The notes below the pieces were generated by a model. That model made no database searches. It was not told where the DNA came from and saw only the letters and a program-made list of their open reading frames with translations. Source: PVC group bacterium (GTDB lineage Bacteria > GCA-001730085 > JADFSZ01). Taken from it: 6,848 nucleotides of DNA. Below are positions 5,119-6,848 of this stretch, piece by piece; the first letter of the stretch is position 1, and each line of letters opens with the position of its first letter. Location of the stretch: assembly GCA_022560555.1 (NCBI GenBank), contig JADFSZ010000094.1, positions 1 to 6,848 of the forward strand. Reading direction: 5' to 3'. A program made the translations under genes and the position numbers.

Positions 5119-6804
5119 ATGGAATATCCCTTTTACGAAATTATTAAACTGAAATGCACTATTCTCAAAAACACAATTCTTTCCTTAAAGAAACAACCCC
5201 GTCTTAAAATCATTTTTATCAGTGTGTTTACTTTTTGTCTGGGTCTAGCCATTTACTTTTCCATGTATCGCGCCTTTAGTTTTGTGTACCAATTTCCGGG
5301 TTTTGGCGAGTTTTTACTTGACCGGCTTCTTTATTTATTTTTCTTTTCCCTTCTGTTGATGCTGATTATGAGCAGTGCCGTCACAAGTTATATGACATTG
5401 TTTCGATCAAAAATAAATGAACATCTTTTTGTCCTTCCCATACATTACAGAACGGTATGGAGTGTCCGGTTTTTTGATACTCTTGTTTATAGCTCGTGGG
5501 CATCACTGTTTTTGGTGCTGCCTCTCATTCTTTCGTATGGCCAAATTCGTCACGCAAGCGGACTATTTTATTGTATGGGGTTTTTGGTGATACTTCCCTT
5601 TCTTGTGCTGGCAGGCGGAGTGGGAACTTTAGCGGCGAGTCTGCTTGTCCGTTTAAGTCAGGCCCATCGAAACACCCTGCGTACGATATTGATCGGGACG
5701 CTTGCTATCGCCGGCATAGCTCTATTGTGTTGGACGCGGATTTGGAGACAAGAGCCCTCCGGTCATGGAACGGAGCTTGTGATCTTGAATAAAATCTTAT
5801 CTCACACGGCATTCACGCAAAATCCATTTTTGCCGAGCTATTGGTTGAGCCAAGGCCTCATTGATGTCTTAAAGGGATCCCTAAAGCAATCCATGGTTTA
5901 TTTCGGTCTCATATGTATCAATGCCGCGCTGATTTTTCAAATCAATTATCATGCGGGAGGGAATTTTTATTACCGGATCTGGGAAAACGCGAGTTTTCAT
6001 AAGAAAATGAAAAGATTCAGGAGCTCTTTTTATGCACGGCTTGAGCTCTTATTCGGGTTTGTAAACAGCCATATTCGCCAACTGATGATCAAAGATATAA
6101 AATCATTTGTCAGGGATCCGGTCCAGTGGACACAGTTTTTGATCTTTTTCGGACTACTGGGTATATATATCGCGAACTTAAAGCAAATGCCGTATCAAAT
6201 CGAAACCATGTTTTGGAAGGTTATTATCTTGTTTTTAAATCTGGCTTCAACGGCTATGGTTTTAGCGACATTGACAACCCGTTTTGTCTTTCCCCTGTAT
6301 AGTATGGAAGGGAGGCGGTTCTGGATCATCGGTATGATGCCGATAAAAAAGAGCTGGATTTTGTGGGAAAAGTTTTTTCTCTCGTTTATTAGTGTGACTC
6401 TGATAACAGAGTTTCTTATTGTTCTATCCAACATCATGCTGGATTCCCCGAAAGATATCATGCTTTTTACTTGTTATGGCGTTTTTCTTATTAGTTTGGC
6501 TTTAACGGGGCTTTCTGTCGGGATGGGTGTTCTTTTTCCTAATTTCCAGGATGAGAATCCGTCAAAGATCGTATCCGGATTCGGAGGAACCCTCGTTTTA
6601 TTATTGAGCCTCACTTATATCATTTTGATGGTGGCTTTTATGATGATGCCGGTCTATATGTATTATGTCAAAGACGCCCTGACGCACAAATTGTACGGAT
6701 TTTGGATCTTAGTTGTTGCCTTGATGTGTACACTCGTTAGTATTATAATGGGCCTTGTTCCCATGCTTCTCGGGATCAAACGTTTAGAAAAACTTGAATA
6801 TTGA
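5119..6804 (+). CDS. Large polytopic membrane protein; putative fused (internally duplicated) ABC-2-type exporter permease
   Basis: The 561-aa ORF starts 18 nt after the ATPase gene. About a dozen hydrophobic segments are readable by eye. The two halves share a motif after their second TM segment: LPIHYRTVWSVRFF (5434-5475) and MPIKKSWILWEKFF (6337-6378). The permease role is inferred from position next to the ATPase and from topology, not from a recognised family signature. Confidence 0.75.
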   Translation: MEYPFYEIIKLKCTILKNTILSLKKQPRLKIIFISVFTFCLGLAIYFSMYRAFSFVYQFPGFGEFLLDRLLYLFFFSLLLMLIMSSAVTSYMTLFRSKINEHLFVLPIHYRTVWSVRFFDTLVYSSWASLFLVLPLILSYGQIRHASGLFYCMGFLVILPFLVLAGGVGTLAASLLVRLSQAHRNTLRTILIGTLAIAGIALLCWTRIWRQEPSGHGTELVILNKILSHTAFTQNPFLPSYWLSQGLIDVLKGSLKQSMVYFGLICINAALIFQINYHAGGNFYYRIWENASFHKKMKRFRSSFYARLELLFGFVNSHIRQLMIKDIKSFVRDPVQWTQFLIFFGLLGIYIANLKQMPYQIETMFWKVIILFLNLASTAMVLATLTTRFVFPLYSMEGRRFWIIGMMPIKKSWILWEKFFLSFISVTLITEFLIVLSNIMLDSPKDIMLFTCYGVFLISLALTGLSVGMGVLFPNFQDENPSKIVSGFGGTLVLLLSLTYIILMVAFMMMPVYMYYVKDALTHKLYGFWILVVALMCTLVSIIMGLVPMLLGIKRLEKLEY

Positions 6805-6811
6805 GCCGTCC

Positions 6812-6848
6812 ATGAAATCTCTCATAGAAATTCTTGAAAACACAGCCC
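6812..6848 (+). CDS. Start of a further co-directional ORF (MKSLIEILENTA...), truncated by the window end
   Basis: ATG 6812 lies 7 nt after the permease stop (TGA 6802-6804), and the frame stays open to the window edge. Only 12 codons are visible, so no function can be assigned. Confidence 0.3.
   Translation, partial: MKSLIEILENTA

Noticed and set aside
5496-6461. ORFs 5496-5792 (+, 98 aa) and 6195-6461 (-, 88 aa) within the permease gene.
   Set aside because: They are embedded in a continuous 561-codon ORF with coherent TM-segment periodicity, and the alternative frames show no motifs.
2841-6804. Lasso-peptide-type RiPP cluster (transglutaminase-like B protease plus ABC exporter).
   Set aside because: No Asn-synthetase-like cyclase and no short precursor gene are present. 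The transglutaminase-like protein is 503 aa with a TM anchor, unlike the small soluble B proteins.
1-6848. Mobile elements, CRISPR arrays, tRNA/rRNA genes and long direct or inverted DNA repeats.
   Set aside because: Reading both strands by eye, I found no transposase or integrase motifs, no regularly spaced repeats, no cloverleaf-compatible segments and no terminal inverted repeats. Coding density leaves only one gap longer than 20 nt.

Overview
The window holds a same-strand (+) gene array with no rRNA, tRNA, CRISPR array or recognisable mobile element. No similarity search was run; all calls rest on motifs read by eye. (1) 6-1289 encodes an orphan protein whose frame stays open to the left window edge. 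It has a strongly acidic N-terminal region built from degenerate L-[ST]-x-E-[DQ]-[LI]-x-x-[FL]-L helical repeats, followed by a Gly/Gln/Trp-rich, beta-looking C-terminal domain that I cannot assign to any family. (2) A 115-nt intergenic region contains a consensus TATAAT box embedded in a perfect 13-bp palindrome. (3) Behind it lies a tightly packed putative operon with junctions of +5, -8, +18 and +7 nt. It encodes a cyclic-nucleotide-binding domain fused to a complete Hanks-type Ser/Thr kinase (1405-2835). Next comes a membrane-anchored protein with a C-terminal transglutaminase-like Cys-His-Asp core (best start ATG 2841, not the TTG 2736 of the ORF track; ends 4352). An ABC-2/DrrA-like ATPase (4345-5100) and a 561-aa, roughly 12-TM, internally duplicated permease (5119-6804) follow, and a further ORF starts at 6812. 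The main candidate for a novel system is this kinase / transglutaminase-like / ABC exporter cassette. I do not recognise the gene combination as any named system, and its function is inferred only.
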